DNA of 64,000 nt from an uncultured SAR86 cluster bacterium (lineage in GTDB: Bacteria; Pseudomonadota; Gammaproteobacteria; Magnimaribacterales; D2472). This document shows, one piece after another, positions 52,024 to 62,818 of the stretch (the stretch's first letter is position 1; each line of letters opens with the position of its first letter). Both the position numbers and the translations under genes were made by a program. Location: NCBI GenBank assembly GCA_943789005.1, contig CALSSL010000002.1, positions 27,015 to 91,014 on the forward strand. Reading direction: 5' to 3'. The notes below the pieces were generated by a model, which was not told the origin of the DNA, did not search any database, and saw only the letters and a list, made by a program, of their open reading frames with translations.

Positions 52024-53589
52024 TTATGCAAATGTTATGTATATAAATGTAAGGAAGCCCACTACAATTAATGAATTAATATTAAAGGCTCTTGATGTAG
52101 AAAAATCTATTCCGTTCAGGTCAATAGCTTTTGACTGTACTTGATATCCTTGAATTAAAGCAGTCATATAACAAGCGAACCCAGACATAAAAAATACAAT
52201 CCCCATTCTGTGTATGTAAGGTAAATCAGGTAAAGCAAAACTTAATAAGATTGATAAAAATAATGATGAAATAGCAGCAACTAGAGTAGATAAGGTTGTT
52301 GCCTTGTTCCAGAATAATGCAACTAAAAATATAACTAGAATTCCTGGTGTAAAAAGACCTGTAAAATTTTGTATGTATTGAAAAATAGAATCAAAACTTC
52401 CTAATAATGGCTTTGCAACTATTACAGCTATTAATAAAGATAACACAACTGCATTCCTACCAGTGCTTATAAGTTTTGATTCAGATATATGATTTTTTGA
52501 AAACTTACGGTATATATCCATTGTAAAGATAGTGCTAATACTATTAGTCATTGATGCAAGAGATGAAACAATGGCAGCAATTAAGGCTGCAAAAGTAAGA
52601 CCTAATAATCCGTTAGGTAGAAGCGACATCATTGTTGGATAAGCTTGATCAGACTTTTCTAATACAGGAAATAATATTGCAGCGCATATACCAGGCAGAA
52701 CAATAACAATCGGCATTAACAATTTCAAATAAGCAGCAAACATTACACCTTTCTGCGCTTCTTTAATTGATTTTGCTCCTAAGGCTCTTTGTGTGATGTA
52801 CTGATTAAACCCCCAGTATGCAAAATGACCAATCCAAACACCTGCGCCAATTAATATCCATATACCAGGTAAATTTGAATATGATGGATTATCTGGTGAT
52901 AAGATCATGTCAAATTTCTCTGGCAGTGTGTTGTAGACTGTTACCATTCCATCTATAACTCCATTGTTATCAGATATTTTATTTAAGGCTATATAAGAAA
53001 CAGCTAATCCACCAAAAATTAACAATACAACCTGAAGAATATCTGTCATTGCAACAGCTTTAAGCCCGCCAGACAATGAATAGGCGAGTGATAACAATGC
53101 TAATAGAATTAAGCCGTTTGTTAATGATAGACCTGTGAGAGTATTAATTGCGATTGATCCAAGCCACAAAACAGTTGTTAGATTAATGAATATATAAACA
53201 GTTAGCCAAAAAAATGAAAGCACTAGGCTGACCCGCTTATCAAACCTCTGCTCCAAAAACTGTGGCATTGTATAAATCTTTTTTTCAAGAAATAAGGGTA
53301 AGAAAAATTTTGCCATTACAATAAGCGCTATAGCAGCAGTAAGCTCCCATACAGCTATAGCCATACCAACAACAAACCCTTGACCAGACATTCCAATAAT
53401 TTGCTCTGCTGATATGTTTGCTGCTATTAAAGAAGCTCCTATAGCCCACCAAGGTAATGACCTTCCAGCTAAGAAATAGTCTTCTGCTGTTCTTTCTTTA
53501 CCACTTGTAGTCCTAGAGACATAAGTGGCAAGTGTAATAAGGCCAATACAATAAATTCCTACAATAATCCAATCTAGTGTATTAAACAT
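52024..53589 (-). CDS. Sodium/glucose symporter (SSS, SglT-like)
   Basis: DYFLAGRSLPWWAIGASLIAANISAEQ, YWGFNQYITQRAL, STIFTMDIY. Confidence 0.92.
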   Translation of the reverse strand: MFNTLDWIIVGIYCIGLITLATYVSRTTSGKERTAEDYFLAGRSLPWWAIGASLIAANISAEQIIGMSGQGFVVGMAIAVWELTAAIALIVMAKFFLPLFLEKKIYTMPQFLEQRFDKRVSLVLSFFWLTVYIFINLTTVLWLGSIAINTLTGLSLTNGLILLALLSLAYSLSGGLKAVAMTDILQVVLLIFGGLAVSYIALNKISDNNGVIDGMVTVYNTLPEKFDMILSPDNPSYSNLPGIWILIGAGVWIGHFAYWGFNQYITQRALGAKSIKEAQKGVMFAAYLKLLMPIVIVLPGICAAILFPVLEKSDQAYPTMMSLLPNGLLGLTFAALIAAIVSSLASMTNSISTIFTMDIYRKFSKNHISESKLISTGRNAVVLSLLIAVIVAKPLLGSFDSIFQYIQNFTGLFTPGILVIFLVALFWNKATTLSTLVAAISSLFLSILLSFALPDLPYIHRMGIVFFMSGFACYMTALIQGYQVQSKAIDLNGIDFSTSRAFNINSLIVVGFLTFIYITFA

Positions 53590-53609
53590 ATTTATATCCT
53601 CAGGTAGAA

Positions 53610-54235
53610 CTAGCTTATAAGGTAAGTAGTTTTTAATTTAGTTAATCTATCTTCAATTTCTTTCCAAGAATTTGATCTAATTAATTCCGATGGAATTAGA
53701 GCTGAAGCCCCTATCGCACTGACGTTATCTAATTTTAAATAAGATGATGCATTTTTTTCTGAAATACCGCCAGTAGGTATAAATTTTATATCAGGAAATA
53801 CAGCATTATAAGATTCTAATCTTGCAATACCTCCAGACAGCTCCGCAGGAAAAAATTTAAGTAAACTATGCCCTTGTTCAGATGCAAGCATAATTTCAGA
53901 AGGAGTTTGAGTGCCTGGAATTAATAAAACGTCTTTTGAAAAGCATATTGAGAAAGTTTTTTTGTGAATCCAGGAGTTATTAAAAAAGAAGCTCCAGCTT
54001 CAACAGCTTTATCAATTTGATTTGAATTTTTTATAGTACCGACTCCTAGGGTAATATTAGGATGTTTTTTAAATTCATCTAATATGTCTATAGTTCTTTC
54101 ATCTCTCAAAGTAATCTCAACAAGCGGCAGTCCGGTATTGATTAATACATTAACAAGTGGCTCTACTTGATCTCTTGATGTCAGTGTTGCTAGAGGCAAT
54201 AGTTGGTTAGAAGAAATAATATTAGTAATATCCAT
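53610..54235 (-). CDS. eda: KDPG aldolase (frameshift near 53935)
   Basis: EITLR, GVGT, AGASFLITPG, then PGTQTPSE, KFFPAE, FIPTGGI. Confidence 0.9.
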
Positions 54236-56028
54236 CAGAAAATTGAAGCCCCCTTTTCAACAGTGTTAACGCTTTCTCTAAATGATTTAAATAACTCTCT
54301 ACCGACGCCATTATGATTATGCTCAATATTAGAATGGGTTCTTGTTTTAAGAATCTCATCATCAACTAATAATTTAAAAGTTCCCTTATTGATATCTAAT
54401 TCAACCAAATCATTATCCTCAATTAAACCAATTGGACCTCTATGAATAGCCTCTGGAGTAACATGAATTACAGCAGGAACGCTTCCAGATGCACCAGACA
54501 TTCTTCCATCAGTAATAATCGCAATATCAAAACCTTTAGATTGAAGAACATTAAGTGGAGATGTTAATTTATGAAGCTCAGGCATTCCATTTGCTGAAGG
54601 CCCTTGCCCTCTGATTATGATAATTGTATCTTTGTTTAATTGATTATTTCCGAAAGCATTGAGAACATCTTCTTGATCTTCAAATACTGTTGCAGGGGCT
54701 TTAATAATAGTTTCTGAATTATTTAATGCTGATGTCTTGATAATACCCTTTCCAAGATTACCATTTAATAGCTTTAAACCACCTGATTGTTTAAAAGGGT
54801 TATTACTGTCTCTAATGATACTTTGATCCAAAATAGCTGATTGATTATTCCAAACCAAGTTATCATTTTCTATTTCTAATTTATTTCTATAAATATCCAA
54901 TCCATTACCAAGTAAAGTTTGTACATCATTAAATAAAAAATCTCCATCCAATAGTGATCCAATAAATGCAGATACACCTCCAGCATTATGGAAATCATTA
55001 ACATCTGCTGTTCCATTAGGATATATATTTGTAATTATGGGAGTTAACGAGGCAATTTCATCTATATCCTCTATAGTGATTTGATAACCCCCAGCTTCTG
55101 CCATAGCAATCAAATGTATGGCTAAGTTTGTTGAGCCTCCGCTAGCAATTAATGCAACCATGGCATTAATCCAGCTTTTTGAATCAAGCATCTCCCCCAT
55201 CTTTATGTTTTGCTCACTCATATTTAAAATACTCTCAACTGTCTTATCAATAATCATCTGTCTTTCAATTGAATTTGGTGGAACAAAAGACGAGCTTGGT
55301 AATTGAAGGCCCATGACTTCCATTATCAACTGATTCGTATTAGCAGTGCCGTAAAAAGTGCAAGTGCCAGAAGTATGATATGCAGCCTGTTCTGAACTTA
55401 TAAGTGCAGATCTATCTATCTCACCGTTAGCAAATTTCTTTCTTGTGTCTGATTTTTGAGAGTTAGATATTCCTGTTGGCATAGGGCCAGCAGGAATGAA
55501 ACCAATAGGTAAATGACCAAATGTTAAAGCACCTATCATTAAGCCAGGAACAATTTTGTCACATACCCCTAAGCAAATTCCAGCATCAAAAACATTGTGA
55601 GAGAAGCCTACAGCAGTAGAAAGAGCTATGACATCTCTACTAAAAAGTGATAGTTCCATTCCGGGCTCACCTTGAGTAATGCCATCACACATAGCAGGAA
55701 CACCTCCTGCAACTCTGGCTATTGCATTTCTTTTTAATGAAGACTCTTTAATGACATCAGGATAGTCTTTAAGTGGTGCATGCGCTGATAGCATGTCATT
55801 ATATGCAGAGATAACTCCTATAACTTTTGCGCCATTTGCTGCCTCACCCTGTTGTGCTTTATCACATGAAGCAAAGGCATGAGCTATATTACTGCAACCC
55901 ATATTATTTCTTGCTGATTTACTATGATCAGATGAAAAATTTATTTTATTTAGATAGTCTGATCTAGAATCTTTACTGCGCTCATCAATTCTTTTTTTAA
56001 TATCAAGAAGTTTTGTTTTAATACTCAT
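54235..56028 (-). CDS. edd: 6-phosphogluconate dehydratase
   Basis: AYNDMLSAH, PAMCDGITQG, GTCTFYGTAN, GMPELHKL, TDGRMSGASG. Confidence 0.95.
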   Translation of the reverse strand: MSIKTKLLDIKKRIDERSKDSRSDYLNKINFSSDHSKSARNNMGCSNIAHAFASCDKAQQGEAANGAKVIGVISAYNDMLSAHAPLKDYPDVIKESSLKRNAIARVAGGVPAMCDGITQGEPGMELSLFSRDVIALSTAVGFSHNVFDAGICLGVCDKIVPGLMIGALTFGHLPIGFIPAGPMPTGISNSQKSDTRKKFANGEIDRSALISSEQAAYHTSGTCTFYGTANTNQLIMEVMGLQLPSSSFVPPNSIERQMIIDKTVESILNMSEQNIKMGEMLDSKSWINAMVALIASGGSTNLAIHLIAMAEAGGYQITIEDIDEIASLTPIITNIYPNGTADVNDFHNAGGVSAFIGSLLDGDFLFNDVQTLLGNGLDIYRNKLEIENDNLVWNNQSAILDQSIIRDSNNPFKQSGGLKLLNGNLGKGIIKTSALNNSETIIKAPATVFEDQEDVLNAFGNNQLNKDTIIIIRGQGPSANGMPELHKLTSPLNVLQSKGFDIAIITDGRMSGASGSVPAVIHVTPEAIHRGPIGLIEDNDLVELDINKGTFKLLVDDEILKTRTHSNIEHNHNGVGRELFKSFRESVNTVEKGASIF

Positions 56029-57485
56029 TTTTTTGAGGGTCCATTTTTCCAAGCTCTAAAATCTCTTTTAATAAGAAGGTCAGCATTCGATGGCCCCCAA
56101 CCTCCAGAAATGTATTCTTCCATAGGTACATCTTCAGATTTCCACAAATTTATAATGTTATCAATCCATTTCCAAGAAGCTTCAATTTCGTCTCTTCTTA
56201 CAAATAAAGATGGATTTCCTTTGATTACATCTAATAGTAGTCTCTCATAGCAATCTTGATGCCCAATTTCATGATACTCGTTAAGATTTAGATCTAAAGG
56301 CAAGTTCTCAAGATCATAACCAGATACACCTGGACGCTTTGTGTTGAGCTTTAAATCTATACCTTCATCTGGATGAATCCTCAAAACTAATTGACCAGGT
56401 TCTAAATGGGCTCCTTTAGAAAAAATGTTATGTGGAACTGTTTTATAGCGAACTACAATCTCAGATGATTTTGATTGCATTCTTTTTCCAGTTCTTAAAT
56501 AAAAAGGAACGCCTGACCATCTCCAATTATTAATTTCTAATTTTAAAGCCACAAATGTCTCAGTTTGGTTCTTAGAATCAACACCTTCTTCATCAAGATA
56601 AGCGCATGCTGCCTCTCCTTTGGAGATACCTTCAAGGTATTGTGCTCTTACTGAATTAACAGCAATATTATCTGATGTGAATGGTGCGAGCGATTTTAAA
56701 ACTTTTAGCTTTTCATCCCTTACTGATTCACTTTGAATAGAAACAGGAGGTTCCATTGCTATAAGGCATAAAATTTGAAGAAGATGATTTTGCACCATGT
56801 CTCTAAGTGCACCTGTTTCATCGTAATAGCCACCTCTATCCTCAACACCTAAATCTTCTGCAACTGTTATTTGTATATGATCAATGGCTGAGCTTGACCA
56901 ACTTTTCTCAAAGATAGTATTAGCAAATCTTAAGGCTAATAAATTTTGAACAGCTTCTTTGCCTAGGTAATGATCAATTCTGTATATTTGATTTTCTTTA
57001 AAACCTTGTGAAAGAGAATTATTAATATCCTCTGCGGTTTCTAAATCAGAGCCAATTGGCTTTTCAACAACTATTCTACAATTATCTTTTATTAGATTAT
57101 TATCATTCAGCGCCGATGAGATTTTTTTATATAAATTTGGCGGGGTTGCTAAATAGTAAACCACAGCAACACTATCTGAAACATTGTTTATGTTTTTCCA
57201 GTCTTCATTAGAGTTGATGTCTAACTTTATATATTGAAGCCTCTTAGCAAATTTTAGCCACGCATCTTTTTGTTGTTCAAAATCAATATAATATTTATTC
57301 AATGATTCATTAACCATTGATATATATTCTTCAGCTGATAAGTCTCTTGAACCAATGCCAATAATCTGGCTGGCATCATCAATATTTCCTAATGTTTCTT
57401 GTCGAAACATAGCAGGAATTAACTTTCTATTTGAAAGATCACCGGTACCACCAAATAGATAAAGATCAAAAGTATTAAGTTCCAT
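56025..57485 (-). CDS. zwf: Glucose-6-phosphate 1-dehydrogenase
   Basis: GGTGDL, EKPIG, RIDHYLGKE, RDMVQNH, GVPFYLRTGKR. Confidence 0.97.
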   Translation of the reverse strand: MELNTFDLYLFGGTGDLSNRKLIPAMFRQETLGNIDDASQIIGIGSRDLSAEEYISMVNESLNKYYIDFEQQKDAWLKFAKRLQYIKLDINSNEDWKNINNVSDSVAVVYYLATPPNLYKKISSALNDNNLIKDNCRIVVEKPIGSDLETAEDINNSLSQGFKENQIYRIDHYLGKEAVQNLLALRFANTIFEKSWSSSAIDHIQITVAEDLGVEDRGGYYDETGALRDMVQNHLLQILCLIAMEPPVSIQSESVRDEKLKVLKSLAPFTSDNIAVNSVRAQYLEGISKGEAACAYLDEEGVDSKNQTETFVALKLEINNWRWSGVPFYLRTGKRMQSKSSEIVVRYKTVPHNIFSKGAHLEPGQLVLRIHPDEGIDLKLNTKRPGVSGYDLENLPLDLNLNEYHEIGHQDCYERLLLDVIKGNPSLFVRRDEIEASWKWIDNIINLWKSEDVPMEEYISGGWGPSNADLLIKRDFRAWKNGPSKK

Positions 57486-59092
57486 TAAATGATTCCCTTA
57501 AAAAGTTTATTTCGTTAAGTTGTTTTGATAAATCTGTTACGAACCTGGCTGCATATGCTCCATTAATTACCCTATGATCATAAGAAAGTGAAATTGGTAA
57601 GAGTTTTTGGTTAATAATATTTTTACCGTCTAAAAATAAGTTATCAAAGGGTTTTGATAAACCAAGAATTCCTACCTCTGGAGGGTTTATTATAGGAGTA
57701 AAATATTTACCGCCAATACCACTCAAAGAGGTTATGGTAAATGATGCACCCTTGAGTTGATCAACTTTTAACTTTCTTTCTTTTGCTAGTTTAGCAAGAT
57801 TAAAAACCTCATCTGATATTTCTAAAATTGTTTTTTTGTCAGTATTTTTTATGTTAGGAACAATAAGACCTTCAGGAGTATCAACGGCTATACCTATATT
57901 AAAGTAATCTTTCATTACAACTGTATCTAGGTTGGATGAAAGAGAGGTATTCATTAGAGGGATAGAGTTTTAAAGTTTCTACTGTTGCTTTAATGATATA
58001 AGCTAAAGGTGAAACTTTGGTTTTATTAGATTTATTTAACTCAGCTCTTAAAGCAAGCAAGTCTGTAATATTTGCATCATCGTGTTGAGTAACATGAGGA
58101 ATATTGATCCAAGAGGTATGGAGATTTTTTGAAGCTGTTTTTTGAAATTTAGATAGCTTTTCAAAGCTTACCTGACCCCATTTTGAAAAATCAATATCTG
58201 GTTGAGAGAATTCAAATCCACTTCCAGTTTTTGAATTTAAGCGCTGTGAAACAAATGCATGAAGATCTTCTTTTAATATTCTTCCTTTTGGACCAGAGCC
58301 TTTAACCTCAGATAAGTTTATACCAAATTCTCTAGCAAGTTTCCTTGTTGCTGGTCCTGAATGAACAGAGACATTGTTATAACTCAAAGGCTGACTTACT
58401 TGTTCTTTGTTGTTATTTGTTTTTTCTTGTTTTGTAATATGTTCATTTTTAGAAATAGAAATTGAATCTTCTTTTTCATTAATTTTATTTAATGGTTTTG
58501 GGACAGCCACACTTGACTCAATTTCTACAAATGGCATGCCGGCTTTTACCATGTCGCCTAGGCTAATATTTAATTTAGTAACTTTGCCCGCAACTGAAGC
58601 TGGTATCTCCATAGCAGCTTTATCAGTTTCAAGTATCATAATAGAATCATCTATTCCAACATTTTGGCCAACCTCAACACAAATCTCTATTACCTCTACC
58701 TCTTCAACATCACCAAGATCTGGAATCAAAGGTTTTGCTAAAACTATTTCATTTTTATTAATATCTTCTTTTTCAGAAGATACTTGAATTTCTTTGTTGT
58801 GTGCTTTTTTTTTGTTTTTTTGTGCTATTTGATCAGTATTGGATTTTTTTTCTTCTTCAACCTCAATTTGAACAAATGGAGTTCCTTCTTTAACCATATC
58901 ACCGACATTAACAAGAATATTCTTAACAATACCAGATTCAGTAGTTGGAATTTCCATGGCTGCTTTATCTGTTTCAAGGATTAATATTGAGTCTTCAGCT
59001 TCTACGCTTTGCCCAATCTCTACACAAACCTCAATAACCTCTACCTCTTCAACATCACCAAGATCTGGAATATTAAGATTTAAATCAGGCAT
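57475..59092 (-). CDS. aceF: Pyruvate dehydrogenase E2 with two lipoyl domains (frameshift near 57960)
   Basis: Two ETDKA motifs, HSGPATRKLARE E3-binding domain, SYDHRVING. Confidence 0.93.
58692..59071. repeat. Identical 35-nt direct repeat at the start of each lipoyl domain (58692-58726 and 59037-59071)
   Basis: ACCTCTACCTCTTCAACATCACCAAGATCTGGAAT occurs twice. Confidence 0.9.
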
Positions 59093-61728
59093 TAAACTTC
59101 CCAAGGATTTGGTTTAAGAGGATCGACTTCAAGATCTTCGTATATTTCTTTTAATTTATTTTTATCAATTAAGTTATTTTTAAATAATGTGTATGCAGCT
59201 GCTCTTACTATGCTCTTAGCATCTATTTCAAAAAATTCTCTTAAATTTTTTCTAGAATCACTTCTTCCAAAACCATCTGTTCCTAAAACAGTATAATCAG
59301 ATTTAATATATGGTCTTATTTGCTCTGCATAAGCCCTCATATAATCAGTAGATGCTATTACAGGTATCTCGCTATCAGCAAAACACTTTTCGACGTATGT
59401 TTTTTCTTCTTTTTTTGTAGGATTTAATTGATTTAATCTTTCAACTTCCATACCATCTTTTCTAAGTAAATTGAAGCTTGTTACACTCCAAACCTCTGAT
59501 TCAATTCCAAAATTATTAAGCATGTCTTTAGCCTGTATTGATTCATTTAAGATTGAACCGGAACCTAAGAGTCTTATTAATGGTTTTTTTGAAGATAATA
59601 ATTTATACATTCCTTTGATAATTCCATCTTCTGCACCTTTTGGCATAGGAGGATGTTCATAATTTTCATTCATGGTTGTTATGTAATAAAAATAATTCTT
59701 TTGTTCAACAAACATTTTTTGGATACCGTCTTTAATAATCACAGCAACTTCATATGAAAAAGTTGGATCATATGACAAGCAATTTGGGATTGTTGAAGAA
59801 AATATATGACTATGACCATCCTGATGCTGAAGCCCTTCTCCATTAAGAGTGGTTCTTCCAGATGTGGCGCCAATTAAAAAGCCTTTAGCTTGAGAGTCAC
59901 CTGCAGCCCATGCTAAATCATGAATTCTTTGAAAACCAAACATTGAATAAAAAAGATAGAAAGGAATCATTGGATAATCATAGTTTGTATATGCTGTTGC
60001 CAATGCAGACCAGGCAGAGAAAGCGCCTGCCTCAGTTATGCCCTCTTCAAGCATTACTCCTTCTTTTGATTCCTTATACCACATTACTTTATCAGCATCT
60101 TCAGGTTCATAGTTTTGACCTTCTGCGGAATAAATTCCAACCTGTCTAAATAAAGCTTCCATTCCAAATGTTCTTGCTTCATCAGGTACAATTGGAACAA
60201 TTCTTTTACCTATCTCTTTATCCTTTAGTAAATCGGTTATAACTCTGACAGCTGCCATTGTTGTAGAAATTTTTCTTTCATCTGAGCCTGAATACAACTT
60301 AGTGAATGCTTTGTTATCAGGCATTGGAAGAATTTCAGATTTTGTTCTTCTTCTAGGGATTGGTCCTCCTAATTTTGCTCTAGTATTTTTTAGATACTGC
60401 ATTTCAGGTGAATTCTCAGGCGGTCTAACATAAGGTATATTTTCTATCTCATCGTCAGTTACTGGAATATTAAACTTATCCCTGAATGACTTAATGTTAT
60501 CTAGTGATAATTTTTTAACCTGATGGGTGGTATTGTCTGCCTCTCTAGAGCCAACACCGTATCCTTTGGTTGTTAAAGCCAATATTACAGTCGGTGCTCC
60601 AGAAGAATTAACTGCCTTATGATATGCAGCATAAACTTTATAAGGGTCATGACCGCCTCTATTTAATTTATATATATCTTCATCAGTTAAATCTTCTACA
60701 ATTTTTAGAACATCTGGATCCTTTGCAAAGAAATTTTCTCTAGTATATGCACCGCCTTTAGCTTTAAAATTTTGCATTTCCCCATCTAATACAGCATCCA
60801 TAATATCTTGCAGTTTGCCTTCTTTATCTTTTGCCATTATTGGATCCCATTTTCTACCCCAAACGACTTTGATAACATTCCATCCAGCTCCCCTAAAAGA
60901 ACCCTCTAGCTCCTGAATGATTTTTCCATTACCTCTAACAGGACCATCTAATCTCTGCAAGTTGCAATTTATTACAAAAATTAGATTTTCTAAGTTCTCT
61001 CTTCCGGCTAGGGCTATTGCACCTTTTGATTCTGGTTCATCCATCTCTCCATCACCACAAAAAACCCATACTTTTCTATCATTTCTTGGAACTAAACCTC
61101 TTGCAGACATGTATCTCATTATATGAGCTTGATATATACCCATAATTGGTCCAAGACCCATTGATACTGTTGGGAATTGCCAATAATCTGGCATTAGCCA
61201 TGGATGTGGATATGAAGACAATCCTGGTTTTTTTACCTCTCTTCTAAAATTATCTAAATCTTCTTCATGAAGATACCCTTCTAAAAAAGATCTAGCATAT
61301 ATCCCAGGAGATGAATGACCTTGAAAATAAATCAGATCTTCTAATTGCCCTTCCGAACCTCTAAAAAAATAATTAAAACCTATATCATACAAAGTTGCAG
61401 CTGATGAGAAGGTTGATATATGTCCGCCTAAATCATCATCATTCTTATTTGCTCTTAAAACCAAAGCTAAAGCATTCCATCTTATTAAAGAACGAATTCT
61501 TCTTTCCATAAATAAATCACCAGGCATCTGTGCCTCGTCTTTTGGTGGAATTGAATTTCTAAAAGGTGTTGTGAGGTTGTATGAAGGAATTGCTCCCTCT
61601 TCATTTAATTTCTTAGCGAGTTTTGTCATTAAGAATGAAGCTCTTTCAACACCCTCTTTCTCAATAACGCTATCTATAGCTTCTAACCATTCACTTGTTT
61701 CTATAGGATCTTTGTCTTCAGGTATCAT
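59092..61728 (-). CDS. aceE: Pyruvate dehydrogenase E1, homodimeric type
   Basis: DPIETSEWL, GGHIS, FPTVSMGLGP, GDGEMDEPES, PDEARTFGME, GEGLQHQD. Confidence 0.97.
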   Translation of the reverse strand: MIPEDKDPIETSEWLEAIDSVIEKEGVERASFLMTKLAKKLNEEGAIPSYNLTTPFRNSIPPKDEAQMPGDLFMERRIRSLIRWNALALVLRANKNDDDLGGHISTFSSAATLYDIGFNYFFRGSEGQLEDLIYFQGHSSPGIYARSFLEGYLHEEDLDNFRREVKKPGLSSYPHPWLMPDYWQFPTVSMGLGPIMGIYQAHIMRYMSARGLVPRNDRKVWVFCGDGEMDEPESKGAIALAGRENLENLIFVINCNLQRLDGPVRGNGKIIQELEGSFRGAGWNVIKVVWGRKWDPIMAKDKEGKLQDIMDAVLDGEMQNFKAKGGAYTRENFFAKDPDVLKIVEDLTDEDIYKLNRGGHDPYKVYAAYHKAVNSSGAPTVILALTTKGYGVGSREADNTTHQVKKLSLDNIKSFRDKFNIPVTDDEIENIPYVRPPENSPEMQYLKNTRAKLGGPIPRRRTKSEILPMPDNKAFTKLYSGSDERKISTTMAAVRVITDLLKDKEIGKRIVPIVPDEARTFGMEALFRQVGIYSAEGQNYEPEDADKVMWYKESKEGVMLEEGITEAGAFSAWSALATAYTNYDYPMIPFYLFYSMFGFQRIHDLAWAAGDSQAKGFLIGATSGRTTLNGEGLQHQDGHSHIFSSTIPNCLSYDPTFSYEVAVIIKDGIQKMFVEQKNYFYYITTMNENYEHPPMPKGAEDGIIKGMYKLLSSKKPLIRLLGSGSILNESIQAKDMLNNFGIESEVWSVTSFNLLRKDGMEVERLNQLNPTKKEEKTYVEKCFADSEIPVIASTDYMRAYAEQIRPYIKSDYTVLGTDGFGRSDSRKNLREFFEIDAKSIVRAAAYTLFKNNLIDKNKLKEIYEDLEVDPLKPNPWEV

Positions 61729-61769
61729 ATATGTATCAAATTTTATGAATCTAATTTTACTTTAGATTA

Positions 61770-61784
61770 TGTTAAAAATATACA
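61770..61784. promoter_or_regulatory. HexR operator (aceE-proximal)
   Basis: TGTTAAAAATATACA, a 15-bp TGT-N9-ACA dyad. Confidence 0.55.
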
Positions 61785-61807
61785 ATATTAAGTAGATATC
61801 TTAAATA

Positions 61808-61824
61808 TTGTAAATAAATTACAA
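61808..61824. promoter_or_regulatory. HexR operator (hexR-proximal)
   Basis: TTGTAAATAAATTACAA matches the gammaproteobacterial HexR dyad TGTAA-N5-TTACA. Confidence 0.75.
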
Positions 61825-61841
61825 ATATATATAATTATGTA

Positions 61842-62672
61842 ATGATTTTAGACACATTAGTAAATGGTGGGGTTAAATTAAGCAAATCTGAGAAATGGAT
61901 TGCCCTCTCTGTATTAAATAATCCATCTAAAGTTATCAATCAATCCATAACCTCTTTGGCTGCTGAAGCAGGTGTAAGCCTTCCAACAGTCAATAGGTTT
62001 TGTAAAAAGCTTGGATTCGATGGTTATCCTTCTTTTAAAATTCAAGTTGCGCAAGAAATTACTAATACCAATGAATTATTAGATAGATTTAACGTTCATA
62101 AGGATACTCCTGAAGTTGTTAAAAGAGTTATGGCTGATATTCAATCAACAATTGTAAATGTGGGTCAAAATTTAAATCCAGAATCCATTGACAAAGCAAC
62201 AGACCTTTTGGCTAATGCAAGCAGTATTACTTTTTTTGGTTTAGGCGGATCCGGGCCAGTTGCTTTAGATGCGCAACATAAGTTTTTTAGATTTGGTGTC
62301 CCTGTTGTAGCACATACTGATTATATAAATCAAAGAATGATAGTTTCAATGATGAAAGAAGGCGATTTGTTAGTTTTAATATCGTTTACAGGAAGAACAA
62401 CTGAAATTGTAGAAACTGCTAAGATTGCTAAAAAAAATGGGGTCAAGACAATTGCCCTTACCTCAGAAAAGTCTCCTTTGGCAAAGCTTTCTAACGTGGT
62501 TCTTCATATTCATACCCATCTTGAAAATAATCTTCATATCCCTATGACATCTAGACTTGCTCATTTGGCTATTATTGACATCTTATCTGCAACGGTTCAA
62601 GCAAGATTCGGAAAGGTTTTTGATACCAGAAAGGATGAGGTTATTAAAAATATAGAAAAAACTAGGGTCTAG
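61842..62672 (+). CDS. hexR: RpiR-family regulator HexR
   Basis: LSKSEK, VSLPTVNRFC, FFGLGGS, VALDAQHKFFR, ISFTGRT, PMTSRLA; divergent from ED genes. Confidence 0.92.
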   Translation: MILDTLVNGGVKLSKSEKWIALSVLNNPSKVINQSITSLAAEAGVSLPTVNRFCKKLGFDGYPSFKIQVAQEITNTNELLDRFNVHKDTPEVVKRVMADIQSTIVNVGQNLNPESIDKATDLLANASSITFFGLGGSGPVALDAQHKFFRFGVPVVAHTDYINQRMIVSMMKEGDLLVLISFTGRTTEIVETAKIAKKNGVKTIALTSEKSPLAKLSNVVLHIHTHLENNLHIPMTSRLAHLAIIDILSATVQARFGKVFDTRKDEVIKNIEKTRV

Positions 62673-62818
62673 TTATCCTATCTATTAAGGTTCTTTAATA
62701 ATAAGCTCTTAAGTTTTTTGCTAGCTCATTATTTATTTTCTTTTTAGTTAAAATATTCACAAAAGACACATTCTAGTGTGTTAAAACGTAATAAATTCTC
62801 TAGTTGAAAATATATATA

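Noticed and set aside
58407-58984. 126-aa and 66-aa + strand ORFs
   Set aside because: Antisense shadows of aceF; the same applies to the other 60-110 aa ORFs nested in long genes
62673-62818. Hairpins and a short minus-strand ORF between hexR and pgl
   Set aside because: Weak AT-rich stems, no RBS or clear promoter; insufficient support
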